A DNA stretch of 64,000 nucleotides from Alphaproteobacteria bacterium (lineage in GTDB: Bacteria > Pseudomonadota > Alphaproteobacteria > GCA-2731375). The stretch lies in the NCBI GenBank assembly GCA_965232515.1, contig CBDDPY010000002.1, forward strand, positions 5,440,001 through 5,504,000, given 5' to 3'. Positions 20,487 through 29,919 of this stretch are shown in pieces. The position numbers and the translations under genes are program-made. Under the pieces are notes generated by a model that ran no database searches, was not told the DNA's origin, and worked only from the letters and a program-made list of their open reading frames with translations. The first letter of the stretch is position 1; the number at the start of each line of letters is the position of its first letter.

Positions 20487-22014
20487 CGTCCTTCGTCTTG
20501 TCCCGTCTTGACGTCGCGGCGGCTTGTATCGCGGCCGATGCGGCGCCGGCATCGCCCTGCCAGAGGTAAATGGCGGCATAGGCGCGCCAGGGCCGCCAGG
20601 CCTCGGCATGGGCGGCAAGCTGTTTCGCGGTCTCGGCAATCCCCAGCGCCTGGGCGGCGCGGATCAAGCCCAGATCGCTCGCCGGGAAGGCGTCGGGCTC
20701 GTGCAGCCAGCGCATGGCCACATATTGCGCCGTCCAGGCGCCGATGCCGGGCAGTTGCGTGAGTTGCCGCTCCAGCTCGGCCGCGTCCAGTGCCGAATCG
20801 AACCGGACCGCGCCGTCGCGCACCGCGGCCGCCAGCGACTGGATCGAGCGCGCCCGGGCCTTCGGCAGGCCGATGCTGGCGACATCGGCGTCGGCCAGCG
20901 CCGCCGGCGTCGGGAACAGCCGCACGGGACCGGCGCCGTTGCCGACGAGCGGTTCACCGAAGGTCTCGGCCAGACGGCCGGCCAATGTCGTTGCGCCCTT
21001 CACCGTTACCTGCTGGCCCAGAATCGCCCGGATCGTCAGCTCGAAACCGTCCCACGCGCCCGGCAGTCGCAGTCCGGGGCGCGCCGCGAGGCGCGGCGCC
21101 ATGGCGGCGTCGCGGCCGAGATGCGCGCCGATCGTCGCCGGATCGCCACCCAGGTCGAACATCTGTCGCACCCGTTCGACGATGCGGAACAGCGCTTTCG
21201 GATCGGGAAAGGCGACGCGCAGCTCCAACTGGTCGGTCTTTACGGCCGGCGACACCGAAACCCGGCCGACCTGACCGTCGAGCCGGATGCTGCGGACATA
21301 GCGGCCTGGCGTCACCTGCTCGACGCCTGGCGTGGCCCGAGCCGTGAGATAGGCCGTGATCGCGTCCCAGTCGTAAGGCGCGCGGTACGGCAGGTTCAGC
21401 ACGAAGTCTTGGTCATCGGCCGTTCGGCCGCGCTGCCGCGCGGCGCGGCGCAGCATGCCCGGCGTGCGCTGATAGGTATCGCGGATCACCGTGTTGAACC
21501 GGCGCAGACTGCCGAAGCCGGCGGACAGCGCCACCTGGGCCAGCGGCAGCTCGGTCTCGTCGATCAGCTTCTTGGCGAACAGCAGCCGCCGGGTTGCGGC
21601 GACGGCGCGCGGCGTGGCGCCGAGATGCCGCCGGAACAGTCGCGTCAGATGCCGCGGCCCGATACCGACCCGCTCGGCGAGCTCGGTGACGTTGCCGTTA
21701 TCCAACGCCCCGTCGGCGATCAGCCGCAGCGCCCGCGAGACCGTCGCCGCCGTCCCGAGCCAGGCTGGCGTGCCCGGCGCCGCCTCAGGCCGGCAGCGCA
21801 GGCAGGGCCGGAATCCGGCTTCTGACGCCGCTGCGGCGGTCGGGAAATACAGCACGTTCTCGGCCTTGGCCGCCCGCACCGGGCAGATCGGCCGGCAGAA
21901 TACGCCCGTCGTCTTGACGCCGATGAAGAACCGCCCATCGAACCGCGGATCGCGCGCCAACCGCGCCCGCTCGCAGACCTCATAGTCAAGCTGTGTCTCG
22001 TGCTGCTCGGCCAT
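20464..22014 (-). CDS. alkA: Ada-AlkA fusion (Zn-binding Ada N-domain, AraC HTH, 3-methyladenine glycosylase II)
   Basis: FCRPIC and FRPCLRCRP; AraC HTH; ILGQQV; LPGIGAWTA; WRPWRAYA. Confidence 0.93.
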   Translation of the reverse strand: MAEQHETQLDYEVCERARLARDPRFDGRFFIGVKTTGVFCRPICPVRAAKAENVLYFPTAAAASEAGFRPCLRCRPEAAPGTPAWLGTAATVSRALRLIADGALDNGNVTELAERVGIGPRHLTRLFRRHLGATPRAVAATRRLLFAKKLIDETELPLAQVALSAGFGSLRRFNTVIRDTYQRTPGMLRRAARQRGRTADDQDFVLNLPYRAPYDWDAITAYLTARATPGVEQVTPGRYVRSIRLDGQVGRVSVSPAVKTDQLELRVAFPDPKALFRIVERVRQMFDLGGDPATIGAHLGRDAAMAPRLAARPGLRLPGAWDGFELTIRAILGQQVTVKGATTLAGRLAETFGEPLVGNGAGPVRLFPTPAALADADVASIGLPKARARSIQSLAAAVRDGAVRFDSALDAAELERQLTQLPGIGAWTAQYVAMRWLHEPDAFPASDLGLIRAAQALGIAETAKQLAAHAEAWRPWRAYAAIYLWQGDAGAASAAIQAAATSRRDKTKDDVLQPHG

Positions 22015-22111
22015 CGCCGCGCGCCACCCTTGGAATCTATCGAATGACGGCCAGCATAGCCCGCGCCGGCAATCCGATCTCGCCGTTTTCGGACCGAGTC
22101 CCCTCGGCCGA

Positions 22112-22906
22112 TTAACGTCCCTTGAAGATCGGCTCGCGCTTTTCGACGAAGGCCTTGGCGGCCTCGCGGTGGTCTTCGGTCATGCCGGTGCGCATGTGGT
22201 GCCAGGCTTCGAGGTCCAGCATCTCGGTCAGGCTGCCGGTCTCGGCCGCGTTCATATTGCGCTTCATGTAGCGATAGGCGACGCGTGGGCCGGCGGCGAG
22301 CTTTGACGCCAGCGCCTGGACCTCGGACGCGAGATCGGCGTCGGGCACGACGCGGTTGACCATGCCGAGGCCGAGCGCCGTCTCGGCGTCGATCAGGTCG
22401 GCGGTGAAATAGAGCTCGCGCGCCTTCGCCGTGCCAACCAGCTGGGTCAGGAAATAGCTGCCGCCGAAATCGCCGGAATAGCCGACGCGCGCGAAGGCGG
22501 TGGTGAATTTGGCGTTGTCCGACGCGATCCGCAAGTCGCACGACAGGCACAATGACAGCCCGGCGCCCGCCGCCGCGCCGCGCACCATGGCGATGGTCGG
22601 CTTCGGCATCTCGTGCAGCCAGCGCGAGGTTTCCATGCGCCGGCGCAGGCCTTGCGCCTTCTCCTCCAGCGAGACGTCGGCGAACTCGGTGCCCTGCGCC
22701 ATGGCCTTGACGTCGCCGCCGGCGCAGAAGGCGTTGCCGGCGCCGGTCAGCACGACCACGCCCACATCAGGGTCATCGGCGAGCCGCGGCAGCGCCTCGC
22801 TCAACGCCGTCAGCATCTCGCCTGACAGCGCGTTACGTCGGTCGGGTCGATTCATGGTCAGCGTGGCGACGCCGTTCTCGATGGTCTCGATCAGGTCTGA
22901 GGTCAT
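22112..22906 (-). CDS. Enoyl-CoA hydratase/isomerase
   Basis: NRPDRRNAL, AFCAGGD, AAGAG, FVEKREP. Confidence 0.92.
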   Translation of the reverse strand: MTSDLIETIENGVATLTMNRPDRRNALSGEMLTALSEALPRLADDPDVGVVVLTGAGNAFCAGGDVKAMAQGTEFADVSLEEKAQGLRRRMETSRWLHEMPKPTIAMVRGAAAGAGLSLCLSCDLRIASDNAKFTTAFARVGYSGDFGGSYFLTQLVGTAKARELYFTADLIDAETALGLGMVNRVVPDADLASEVQALASKLAAGPRVAYRYMKRNMNAAETGSLTEMLDLEAWHHMRTGMTEDHREAAKAFVEKREPIFKGR

Positions 22907-22928
22907 GGATGGCTTCCCGTTGATGTCG

Positions 22929-24659
22929 TCAGTCGGCGGCTTGCGGTCCGCGGATCAGCCGGCCCGGCTTGTCGCCGGTGGGCGCGCCGTCCAGATAGGT
23001 CGTCTCGCCGGCGACCACCGTAGCACGGTAACCGTCGGCCCGCTGCAGCAGCCGCCGGCCGCCGGCCGGCAGGTCGCGGACCATCTCGGGCGCGTGCAGG
23101 TGCAGGCGGTCGAAGTCGATGACGTTCAGATCCGCCTTCATGCCGGGCTTCAGCACGCCACGGTCATGCAGGCCATAGGCCCGCGCCGTGTCCTGCGTCT
23201 GCTTCTTCACCGCCTGTTCCAGCCCCAGGCGTGGGCCGCGCGTGCGGTCGCGCACCCAGTGGGTCAGCATGTAGGTCGGCGCGCTGCCGTCGCATATCAG
23301 GCCGCAATGCGCCCCGCCGTCCGACAGGCTGACCAGCGACAGCGGATGCGACAGCATCTCCGACAGCACGCCGAAATCGCCGTCGGCATAATTCAGCAGC
23401 GGGAAATAGATCAGCGCCCGGCCGTCACGCTCCAGCATCCGGTCCAGCAGCTCGGCCTTCGGATCGCGGCCGCCGCGTTGCGCGATGGCGGCGACCGATT
23501 GATCCGGCGTGGGTTCATAGTCCGGCGGATCGCCCAGCGGGAACATGCCGGCATAGTGGCTGAAGACGTAGGATGCGAACTTGCCCGTCATCGTCGTCTG
23601 CTCGGTCAGCAGACGTTCCCGCATCTCCGGTCTCGCCAGTTCGCGCACCCGTTCGGCCAGCGGCCGGTCGGCCAATGCCATATAGGTCGGATGGCCTATG
23701 AAGGGATGGAACGAGGAATCGAAGCCCAGCAGGATGCCGGGCGGTCGCACGCCGACCTGCAGCATCAGGTGGGCGCCGGCGGCGACGGCCTCTTCGGCCC
23801 AATGCGCGATGCGCCGCCATTCCTGCGGGTCCTGCGTCGACTGCGCCAGGATGAAGCTGACGGGCAGGCCGGTCTCGCGCGACAGCTCGCGCATCCAGAT
23901 GACATCATCCTTGAACCGGCCTTCCATGCCGCCGATGCCGAAGTCGGTGGCGATCTCGAAGATGCCGTGGCCGGCGCGCCCGCAGGCGCGACCGATGCCG
24001 ATCAACTCGTCGTGGCCCGCGAACGTACCCGGTACCGGCTCGCCGTCGACGGCCCGGTGCAGCATGGTCCGCGACGACGAAAAGCCGAGCGCGCCGGCTT
24101 TCAGCGCCTGCTCGACAATTCCGGCCATCGCTTCGATATCCGCTTCGCTCGGGTCCTCGTTGCGGGCGCCGCGCTCGCCCATCACGTAGGCGCGGACGGC
24201 GCCGTGCGGCACCTGGGTGCCGACGTCGAGCGCCAGGTCCTTGGCGTCAAGCGCGTCGAGATATTCCGGAAACGACTCCCAGGTCCAGTCGATGCCTTCC
24301 GCCAGCGCCGTGCCGGGAATGTCCTCGACGCCCTCCATCAGACCGATCAGCCAGTCGTGGCGGTCGGGCGCCGCCGGCGCGAAGCCAACGCCGCAATTAC
24401 CCATGACAACGGATGTCACGCCATGCCAGCCGGACGGCGCCAGATACGGGTCCCATGAGACCTGGCCGTCATAATGGGTGTGGATATCGACAAAGCCGGG
24501 CGTCACCAGCAGGCCGTCGGCGTCGATCTCGCGCCGCGCCGGACCGGCCTTGCCGCCGACGTCGACAATCCGGCCATCCCGGATCGCCACATCGCCGTTG
24601 ACTTCAGCCGCGCCGGTGCCGTCGACGATACGCCCCCCGCGGATCACCAGATCGTGCAT
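22929..24659 (-). CDS. N-acyl-D-amino-acid deacylase family amidohydrolase
   Basis: PGFVDIHTHYD, VVMGNCG, SDGGAH. Confidence 0.9.
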   Translation of the reverse strand: MHDLVIRGGRIVDGTGAAEVNGDVAIRDGRIVDVGGKAGPARREIDADGLLVTPGFVDIHTHYDGQVSWDPYLAPSGWHGVTSVVMGNCGVGFAPAAPDRHDWLIGLMEGVEDIPGTALAEGIDWTWESFPEYLDALDAKDLALDVGTQVPHGAVRAYVMGERGARNEDPSEADIEAMAGIVEQALKAGALGFSSSRTMLHRAVDGEPVPGTFAGHDELIGIGRACGRAGHGIFEIATDFGIGGMEGRFKDDVIWMRELSRETGLPVSFILAQSTQDPQEWRRIAHWAEEAVAAGAHLMLQVGVRPPGILLGFDSSFHPFIGHPTYMALADRPLAERVRELARPEMRERLLTEQTTMTGKFASYVFSHYAGMFPLGDPPDYEPTPDQSVAAIAQRGGRDPKAELLDRMLERDGRALIYFPLLNYADGDFGVLSEMLSHPLSLVSLSDGGAHCGLICDGSAPTYMLTHWVRDRTRGPRLGLEQAVKKQTQDTARAYGLHDRGVLKPGMKADLNVIDFDRLHLHAPEMVRDLPAGGRRLLQRADGYRATVVAGETTYLDGAPTGDKPGRLIRGPQAAD

Positions 24660-24682
24660 GACCCCGTCCTTTCGTCAGATAT

Positions 24683-26410
24683 CTATTCCGCTGCCGCGGC
24701 GTAGGCGCTGGCCGCACCGCCATGACGCAGCAGCTGGCCGGAATGCGTCCCGGTCTCGGCGTCGTCCTTGATCGTGACCTGGCCGTTGACCAGCACGTAG
24801 CGATAACCCTTGGCGCGCTGGACCCGCCGCCATTCGCCGCCCGGCAGGTCGTGCACGACCTCGCGCGGCAGAATCTCCAGGTTCTCGTAGTCGTAAACAA
24901 CGATATCGGCCGGCGCGCCGCGCTTAATGACGCCGCGATTCTCGAAACCGGCGACCATGGCCGGCAGCGCGCTCAACCGCCAATGCGCCTCCTCCAGGCT
25001 CAGCATCTCGTGCTCGCGCACGATCTTGGTGATGGTCTCGGTCGGATAGCGGCCGGCGGTCAGGAACTTGGTATGCGCGCCGCCGTCGGAGACGCCGAAC
25101 AGCACATAGGGATCGTTGACGATCTCGCGCAGGTTATCGACCGACACGTTCGGCGGCGCCGCGAAGAACTCGGTCGCGAGACCGTCGGCGACGGCGATGT
25201 CCAGCATGGCGTCCACCGGATGCTTGCCCTGGGCTTCGGCCACCTGGCCGACGGTGTGGTCGCGGTAGGGTTCGGTTTCCGGGGTTCTTGGGCCGGTGAT
25301 GACAATGTCGGCGATCGGCCCGGTCACGGTCATCGGCACCTGGGTGCGGAGCGCCGGTCGCCGCTCGGGATCGGCCAGCTTCGCCAGCTTTTCCTCGATG
25401 GTGCCGACCGTGGCCTCGCGCCAGGCCGGCCGGTCGTCGTAGAGGTTCCAGTCCTCGAAGGTGAAGTCGAAGCCGGCATCCGTGGTCAGGCCCTGGCCAT
25501 AGACGCGGATGCCGCGCCGGCGGCACTCGGCCAGCCAGCGCAGCGCGCCGCGATGCACCTCCGGCTTGTGGTCGAAGGCCTGGACCACGTTCCAGATCAG
25601 AGGCCGGCCGCTGATCGTGGCGTATTCCTCCATGCGCGCCCGGTCGGCCTCGTAGCTGCCGGACGAGATGGTCATCTGCATGAAGCCCTCGTTACGGCGG
25701 CCCAGCACGGCGGCGAAGGCGCGGCAGGTCTCGTCGTGCATCACGTCGGTCGGCATCGGCGTGCCGTCATAGTCGAGCTGCACCGCCGACGGCCCCTCCG
25801 GCATCAGCCGCTGCGCCGACCAGCCGCAGGCCCCGGCGTCCAGCGCCTGCTCCAGCAGCCGGCACATCTCCGCCTCTTCCGCATCGGTCGGCTTGCGCCC
25901 GGCCTTGGCGTCCTCCAGCCCCAGCACCCAAACCAGCAGCGGCCCGACCGGCATGTAGGGCAGCAGGTTGATGCCCTTGGGCGTGCGCTCGACGCTGTCG
26001 AGGAACTCCGGGAAGCTGACCCAGTCCCACGGCATGCCGGCCTTCATGGAGGCCAGCGGGATGGCCTCGACCCGGGTCATCGACAGCATGGCGCGCTCGC
26101 GCATTTCCGGCGCTACCGGCGCGAAGCCGAAGCCGCAATTGCCGATCACGGCTGACGTAATGCCGTGCCAGCCCGAAATCGTGCAGTAGGGGTCCCAGAA
26201 CACCTGCGCGTCGTAGTGTGTGTGCAGGTCGACGAATCCGGGCGCGACATGCAGGCCGTCGGCCTCGATCACCTCCGCCGCCTGTTCGGCGGGCACGTGG
26301 CCGATCTCGGCGATGACGCCGTCCTTGATGGCGATGTCGGCGCGATAGCGCGGTATCCGGCTGCCGTCGAAGATGATGCCGTTCTTGATGACCGTGTCGA
26401 ATGCCGTCAT
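24683..26410 (-). CDS. N-acyl-D-amino-acid deacylase family amidohydrolase (paralog)
   Basis: PGFVDLHTHYD, VIGNCG, SDGGAH. Confidence 0.9.
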   Translation of the reverse strand: MTAFDTVIKNGIIFDGSRIPRYRADIAIKDGVIAEIGHVPAEQAAEVIEADGLHVAPGFVDLHTHYDAQVFWDPYCTISGWHGITSAVIGNCGFGFAPVAPEMRERAMLSMTRVEAIPLASMKAGMPWDWVSFPEFLDSVERTPKGINLLPYMPVGPLLVWVLGLEDAKAGRKPTDAEEAEMCRLLEQALDAGACGWSAQRLMPEGPSAVQLDYDGTPMPTDVMHDETCRAFAAVLGRRNEGFMQMTISSGSYEADRARMEEYATISGRPLIWNVVQAFDHKPEVHRGALRWLAECRRRGIRVYGQGLTTDAGFDFTFEDWNLYDDRPAWREATVGTIEEKLAKLADPERRPALRTQVPMTVTGPIADIVITGPRTPETEPYRDHTVGQVAEAQGKHPVDAMLDIAVADGLATEFFAAPPNVSVDNLREIVNDPYVLFGVSDGGAHTKFLTAGRYPTETITKIVREHEMLSLEEAHWRLSALPAMVAGFENRGVIKRGAPADIVVYDYENLEILPREVVHDLPGGEWRRVQRAKGYRYVLVNGQVTIKDDAETGTHSGQLLRHGGAASAYAAAAE

Positions 26411-26459
26411 GCGCTGCCTCCCTCAATCGCCCCAGAATCACCGTTCACCGGCTGTTGGA

Positions 26460-26481
26460 TGTCAAGAAACGAACATTCGTT
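26460..26481 (-). promoter_or_regulatory. Palindromic operator next to a -35 TTGACA on the minus strand
   Basis: AACGAA-CA-TTCGTT (26468-26481) adjacent to TGTCAA (26460-26465); no clear -10. Confidence 0.35.
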
Positions 26482-26518
26482 AGGATAAGTCCCTTCGCGG
26501 CGCGGCGCCAGTGGCGGA

Positions 26519-26947
26519 TCAGCTTTCCAGCTCGACCACGTGCGGCTGCATCTTCTCACGGATGGCGTCCGGGATCGGTAGCGACTCCCGGCGGCGCAGG
26601 TCGAAATAGACCGAGACCACCTCCGACGTCGCGGCCAGCACGCCGGTTTCCGTATTGGTCATCCGGTGAAAGGCGGTCACCGACTTGGTGCCGATGCGGG
26701 TGATGGCGCTCTCGACCTTCACCAGGCTGCCGACCCGCTGCTCCTGCTTGTACTGGATGGTGTGCTGGGCATCGACCAGCGTCTCGCCCTGGTCGTCCAT
26801 GTCGTGAAAGCGGAAGCCGATTTCCGACAGGAAGTGAAAGCCCGCCTGATCGAACATGCCGACATAGTGCTGCACGTTCATATGTCCCAGATGATCGCAG
26901 TGCCAGGGATAAACGACACCGCGAAAACACTCCATCCAGCCACTCAT
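26519..26947 (-). CDS. 4HBT-like hotdog thioesterase
   Basis: VYPWHCDHLGHMNV. Confidence 0.88.
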   Translation of the reverse strand: MSGWMECFRGVVYPWHCDHLGHMNVQHYVGMFDQAGFHFLSEIGFRFHDMDDQGETLVDAQHTIQYKQEQRVGSLVKVESAITRIGTKSVTAFHRMTNTETGVLAATSEVVSVYFDLRRRESLPIPDAIREKMQPHVVELES

Positions 26948-26994
26948 GTCGGGGTCCTTTTCAGTTCAATTGCTCGAAAGGGGGTGTGTGTTCA

Positions 26995-27930
26995 TCAATC
27001 CGCCGCCGCCTTCCGCGGGTCCGCCGGCGGCCACGGGATGATCAGCCCTTGCGCCCTCTCCCGCGCGACATCTGGTATCGGAAACGACTTCCGCTTCTCC
27101 AGATCCAGCATGCAGGAAACGATCTCGACGCGCGCGGCGAGACGGCCGGTCTCGGCGTTCTCGATCAGGTGCGCGAAGCGCATGGTCTTGGTACCAACCT
27201 CGACCAGGCCCGACGTCACCCGCACCAGCTCGCCTTCCTTGAGCTCGGCCAGAAAATGCGTGTCGTATTCCAGCCCGGCCGTGCCCCAATGGTTTCGCCG
27301 CGCGGTCTCGCCGATCAGGCCGATGCGGTTTTTCAGGTGGCCGATGGCGTTGGTCACGGCGTCGATATAGAAGCGCGCCGACATATGGCCGAACTCGTCG
27401 CACTGCCAGGGCATCACCGTGCCCAGATAGGTCTGGAACGGTTCGGCATATGTGGCGCCCGGCGGCAGGACGGACGGCTTGCCCGTCGATTGCGGCCGCG
27501 GCGTATCGCGGCGCGGCGTGATCATGCCTTCGATCCGCGCCCGCATGTCGTCAGGCCAGGGGAGGGCGCGGCGCGCGTTGAGATCGAAATGCACCGACGT
27601 GATCTCCATCGTCGCGGCCGCCTCGCCGGTGCCGTCGTTCGTCACCTCGGCGACGATCTCAACGGTCTTGTCGCCGACGGCCTGGAGTGCGGCCGATATC
27701 GACAGGATGTCGCCGGCGCGCAGCTCGCGCAGGTAACGCGTCAGGCTGCGCACCGCCACGAAGGTCCGGCCGGTCTCACGTGTGTAGCCCGGCGTCATGC
27801 CGAAGGCGGCGCGCAGATGGCCCATGCCTTCCGTCGCCTTGCCGGTATAGAACTGCACGTTCAGGTGGCCCATCTGGTCGCATTCCCAGGTCTGGGCCGC
27901 GCCGCGATAGATGTCGAGATAGCCGCTCAT
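26995..27930 (-). CDS. Tandem (double) 4HBT-like thioesterase
   Basis: Two repeats: WECDQMGHLNV and WQCDEFGHMS; ATG at 27930 overlaps the upstream stop. Confidence 0.85.
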   Translation of the reverse strand: MSGYLDIYRGAAQTWECDQMGHLNVQFYTGKATEGMGHLRAAFGMTPGYTRETGRTFVAVRSLTRYLRELRAGDILSISAALQAVGDKTVEIVAEVTNDGTGEAAATMEITSVHFDLNARRALPWPDDMRARIEGMITPRRDTPRPQSTGKPSVLPPGATYAEPFQTYLGTVMPWQCDEFGHMSARFYIDAVTNAIGHLKNRIGLIGETARRNHWGTAGLEYDTHFLAELKEGELVRVTSGLVEVGTKTMRFAHLIENAETGRLAARVEIVSCMLDLEKRKSFPIPDVARERAQGLIIPWPPADPRKAAAD

Positions 27931-28793
27931 GCGTTGCGGCCCGGCAACTCGTCGGGGTGCTCGGGAATCGGCGCGCCGCTGTCGCGTTCCTGCACGGCCT
28001 GGGGGAAGCCGACGTCCTCGGCCCGCTGCTTGAAGGCGAGGCCCGACGGATTGTGCCGGGTGATGCCGTCGAAGACGGTGGCCAGCATCTGGGTGTTGTG
28101 CAGGCCCATATTCTCCAGCGCCTGGTTGACCATCAGCTTCTGCATCATCGCCTGCGCCTTCGGTATCGCGGCGATGCGGTGCGCCAGCGCGTCGACCCGA
28201 GCGTCGAGCTCGGCCGCAGGCACGGCGTCGATCACCAGGCCGAGCCGTTTCGCCTCGGCGCCATCGATCAGGTCGCCCGTCAGCAGCATGCGCTTCGCGC
28301 CCTCGGCGCCCAGCCGGTAGATCCACATGGCCGTGGTCGGACAGCCCCAGACCCGGGCCGGCGGATAGCCGATCTTGGCGTCGTCGGCCATCACCACCAG
28401 GTCGCAGCAGAGCGCGATATCGCTGCCGCCGGCGACGGCATAGCCATGCACCTTGGCGACGGTCGGCTTGTAGGACCGCCACAGGCTCATGAATTTCTGC
28501 GTGTTCGCCATCATCAGCTTGTAGTCGGTCATCGGCTCCCAGGGCATGTCCTGGGTATAGGAATTCGGCCCCTCGGTCTCGGCGAAGACCTTCAGGTCGT
28601 AACCGGCGCAGAAGGCCCGGCCGGCGCCCGCCAGCACGATCACATGCACATCGTCGTCGTCGTTGGCGCGCGCAACGGCGGCCTCGAGGGCGTCGGGCAC
28701 GGCCATGTCGATGGCATTCAGCCGGTCCGGCCGGTTCAGCGTCAGGCGGGCGATGCGCCCGTCCTTCTCGTACAGGACCACCGGGTCCGTCAT
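27927..28793 (-). CDS. Crotonase/enoyl-CoA hydratase family protein
   Basis: NRPDRLNAI, AFCAGYD, AVAGGSD. Confidence 0.9.
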   Translation of the reverse strand: MTDPVVLYEKDGRIARLTLNRPDRLNAIDMAVPDALEAAVARANDDDDVHVIVLAGAGRAFCAGYDLKVFAETEGPNSYTQDMPWEPMTDYKLMMANTQKFMSLWRSYKPTVAKVHGYAVAGGSDIALCCDLVVMADDAKIGYPPARVWGCPTTAMWIYRLGAEGAKRMLLTGDLIDGAEAKRLGLVIDAVPAAELDARVDALAHRIAAIPKAQAMMQKLMVNQALENMGLHNTQMLATVFDGITRHNPSGLAFKQRAEDVGFPQAVQERDSGAPIPEHPDELPGRNA

Positions 28794-28864
28794 GTTATCT
28801 GCCTCCTGTGCCGCGGGAGCCGCATTATAAGGCCACCGGCCGGGCCCGACATCGCCGACGCGCT

Positions 28865-28880
28865 TTATCACTCCATTAAC
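28865..28880 (+). promoter_or_regulatory. CtrA-like site TTAT-N7-TTAAC
   Basis: TTATCACTCCATTAAC, 42 bp before ATG 28923. Confidence 0.35.
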
Positions 28881-28922
28881 CAAACTCCGGAATTCTCAAG
28901 CGACGAAAGGAGCGCGGCGGCG

Positions 28923-29906
28923 ATGAACGATCTCGAGGCCTTTGCGGGCGTCTTCGACGGCATGACGCCCTATTCCGGCATGGTTGAGCCCGGTTTCATC
29001 GTTACCGGCATGGGCCGGATGACGGATGCCCGCTTCCACACGATCTGGGGCGTCGATGCCGCCGAAGAGGGCGGCCAGGCGACGACCTTGCAATTCCCGA
29101 CCGCGACCGACGGCGAGGCCTGGTTCGAGGCGGTGAACTGGGTCGAGGCGGCGCGCGAGGCCCGTGGCGCCTATGTGATGGCGACGCTGGGCGCCTGTTA
29201 CGGCGGTCAGGCCGTCGACGCCTATCTGGCGCTGCAGGCGGTGAACCCGATGCCGGCGACGCTGGTCGCCGTCGACCCGGTGCCGGAGAACATCGCCATG
29301 ACGCGCCAACATTTCCGTGATAACGGCATCGATCCGGACGACCATTGGATCGTCGAAGCGGCTGTCAGCGACAGCAATCAGCCGGTGCTGTTCCCTGTCG
29401 GCGCGCCGGCTTCAGGCACCCAGAACTGCGTCTTCTACAACAGCCCTGCCGGCCGCGCGGCGCTGGCCCTCCGGCTGAAGGACGAAGACCAGGCCGGACA
29501 AGTCGGCTGCAATCTTCTGGCGACCAATGCGACCGGCGTGTCGGTCAATCTGGCGCCCGACCGCGAGGTGCCGTTCGAAGCCGAGCTCCAGTTCGTCAGC
29601 GCCGTCACGGTGGCCGATATGCTCGGGCCGTTCGACCGGGTGGATTTCGTTGAGGCCGACCTGCAGCAGTCCGAAACGATCGTGTTTCCGCCGGCCATCG
29701 AGGTGCTGAACCGCAAGGTGCGGCGGGTGCATCTCGGCACCCATCACCCCAAGGACCACCAGCAGCTCGAAGACATGTTCCGGCAGCATGGCTGGCAGAT
29801 CGTCTTCAGCTTCCTGCCGCATCACACCTACAAGACGCCGGCGGGCGAACTCAGCCTGAACGACGGCGTGCTGACCGCGCTCAATCCCGCTGTCGCCTAC
29901 GGCTGA
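28923..29906 (+). CDS. Hypothetical protein, FkbM-like SAM methyltransferase fold
   Basis: TLGACYG (SAM motif I-like), VAVDPVPEN, EAAVSD, VDFVEADLQQSE, HLGTH. Confidence 0.6.
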   Translation: MNDLEAFAGVFDGMTPYSGMVEPGFIVTGMGRMTDARFHTIWGVDAAEEGGQATTLQFPTATDGEAWFEAVNWVEAAREARGAYVMATLGACYGGQAVDAYLALQAVNPMPATLVAVDPVPENIAMTRQHFRDNGIDPDDHWIVEAAVSDSNQPVLFPVGAPASGTQNCVFYNSPAGRAALALRLKDEDQAGQVGCNLLATNATGVSVNLAPDREVPFEAELQFVSAVTVADMLGPFDRVDFVEADLQQSETIVFPPAIEVLNRKVRRVHLGTHHPKDHQQLEDMFRQHGWQIVFSFLPHHTYKTPAGELSLNDGVLTALNPAVAYG

Positions 29907-29919
29907 TCCGCTCGGACGC

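Noticed and set aside
22070-22095. Possible Ada box upstream of the ada-alkA fusion
   Set aside because: Could not match it convincingly to an established consensus without an ortholog alignment
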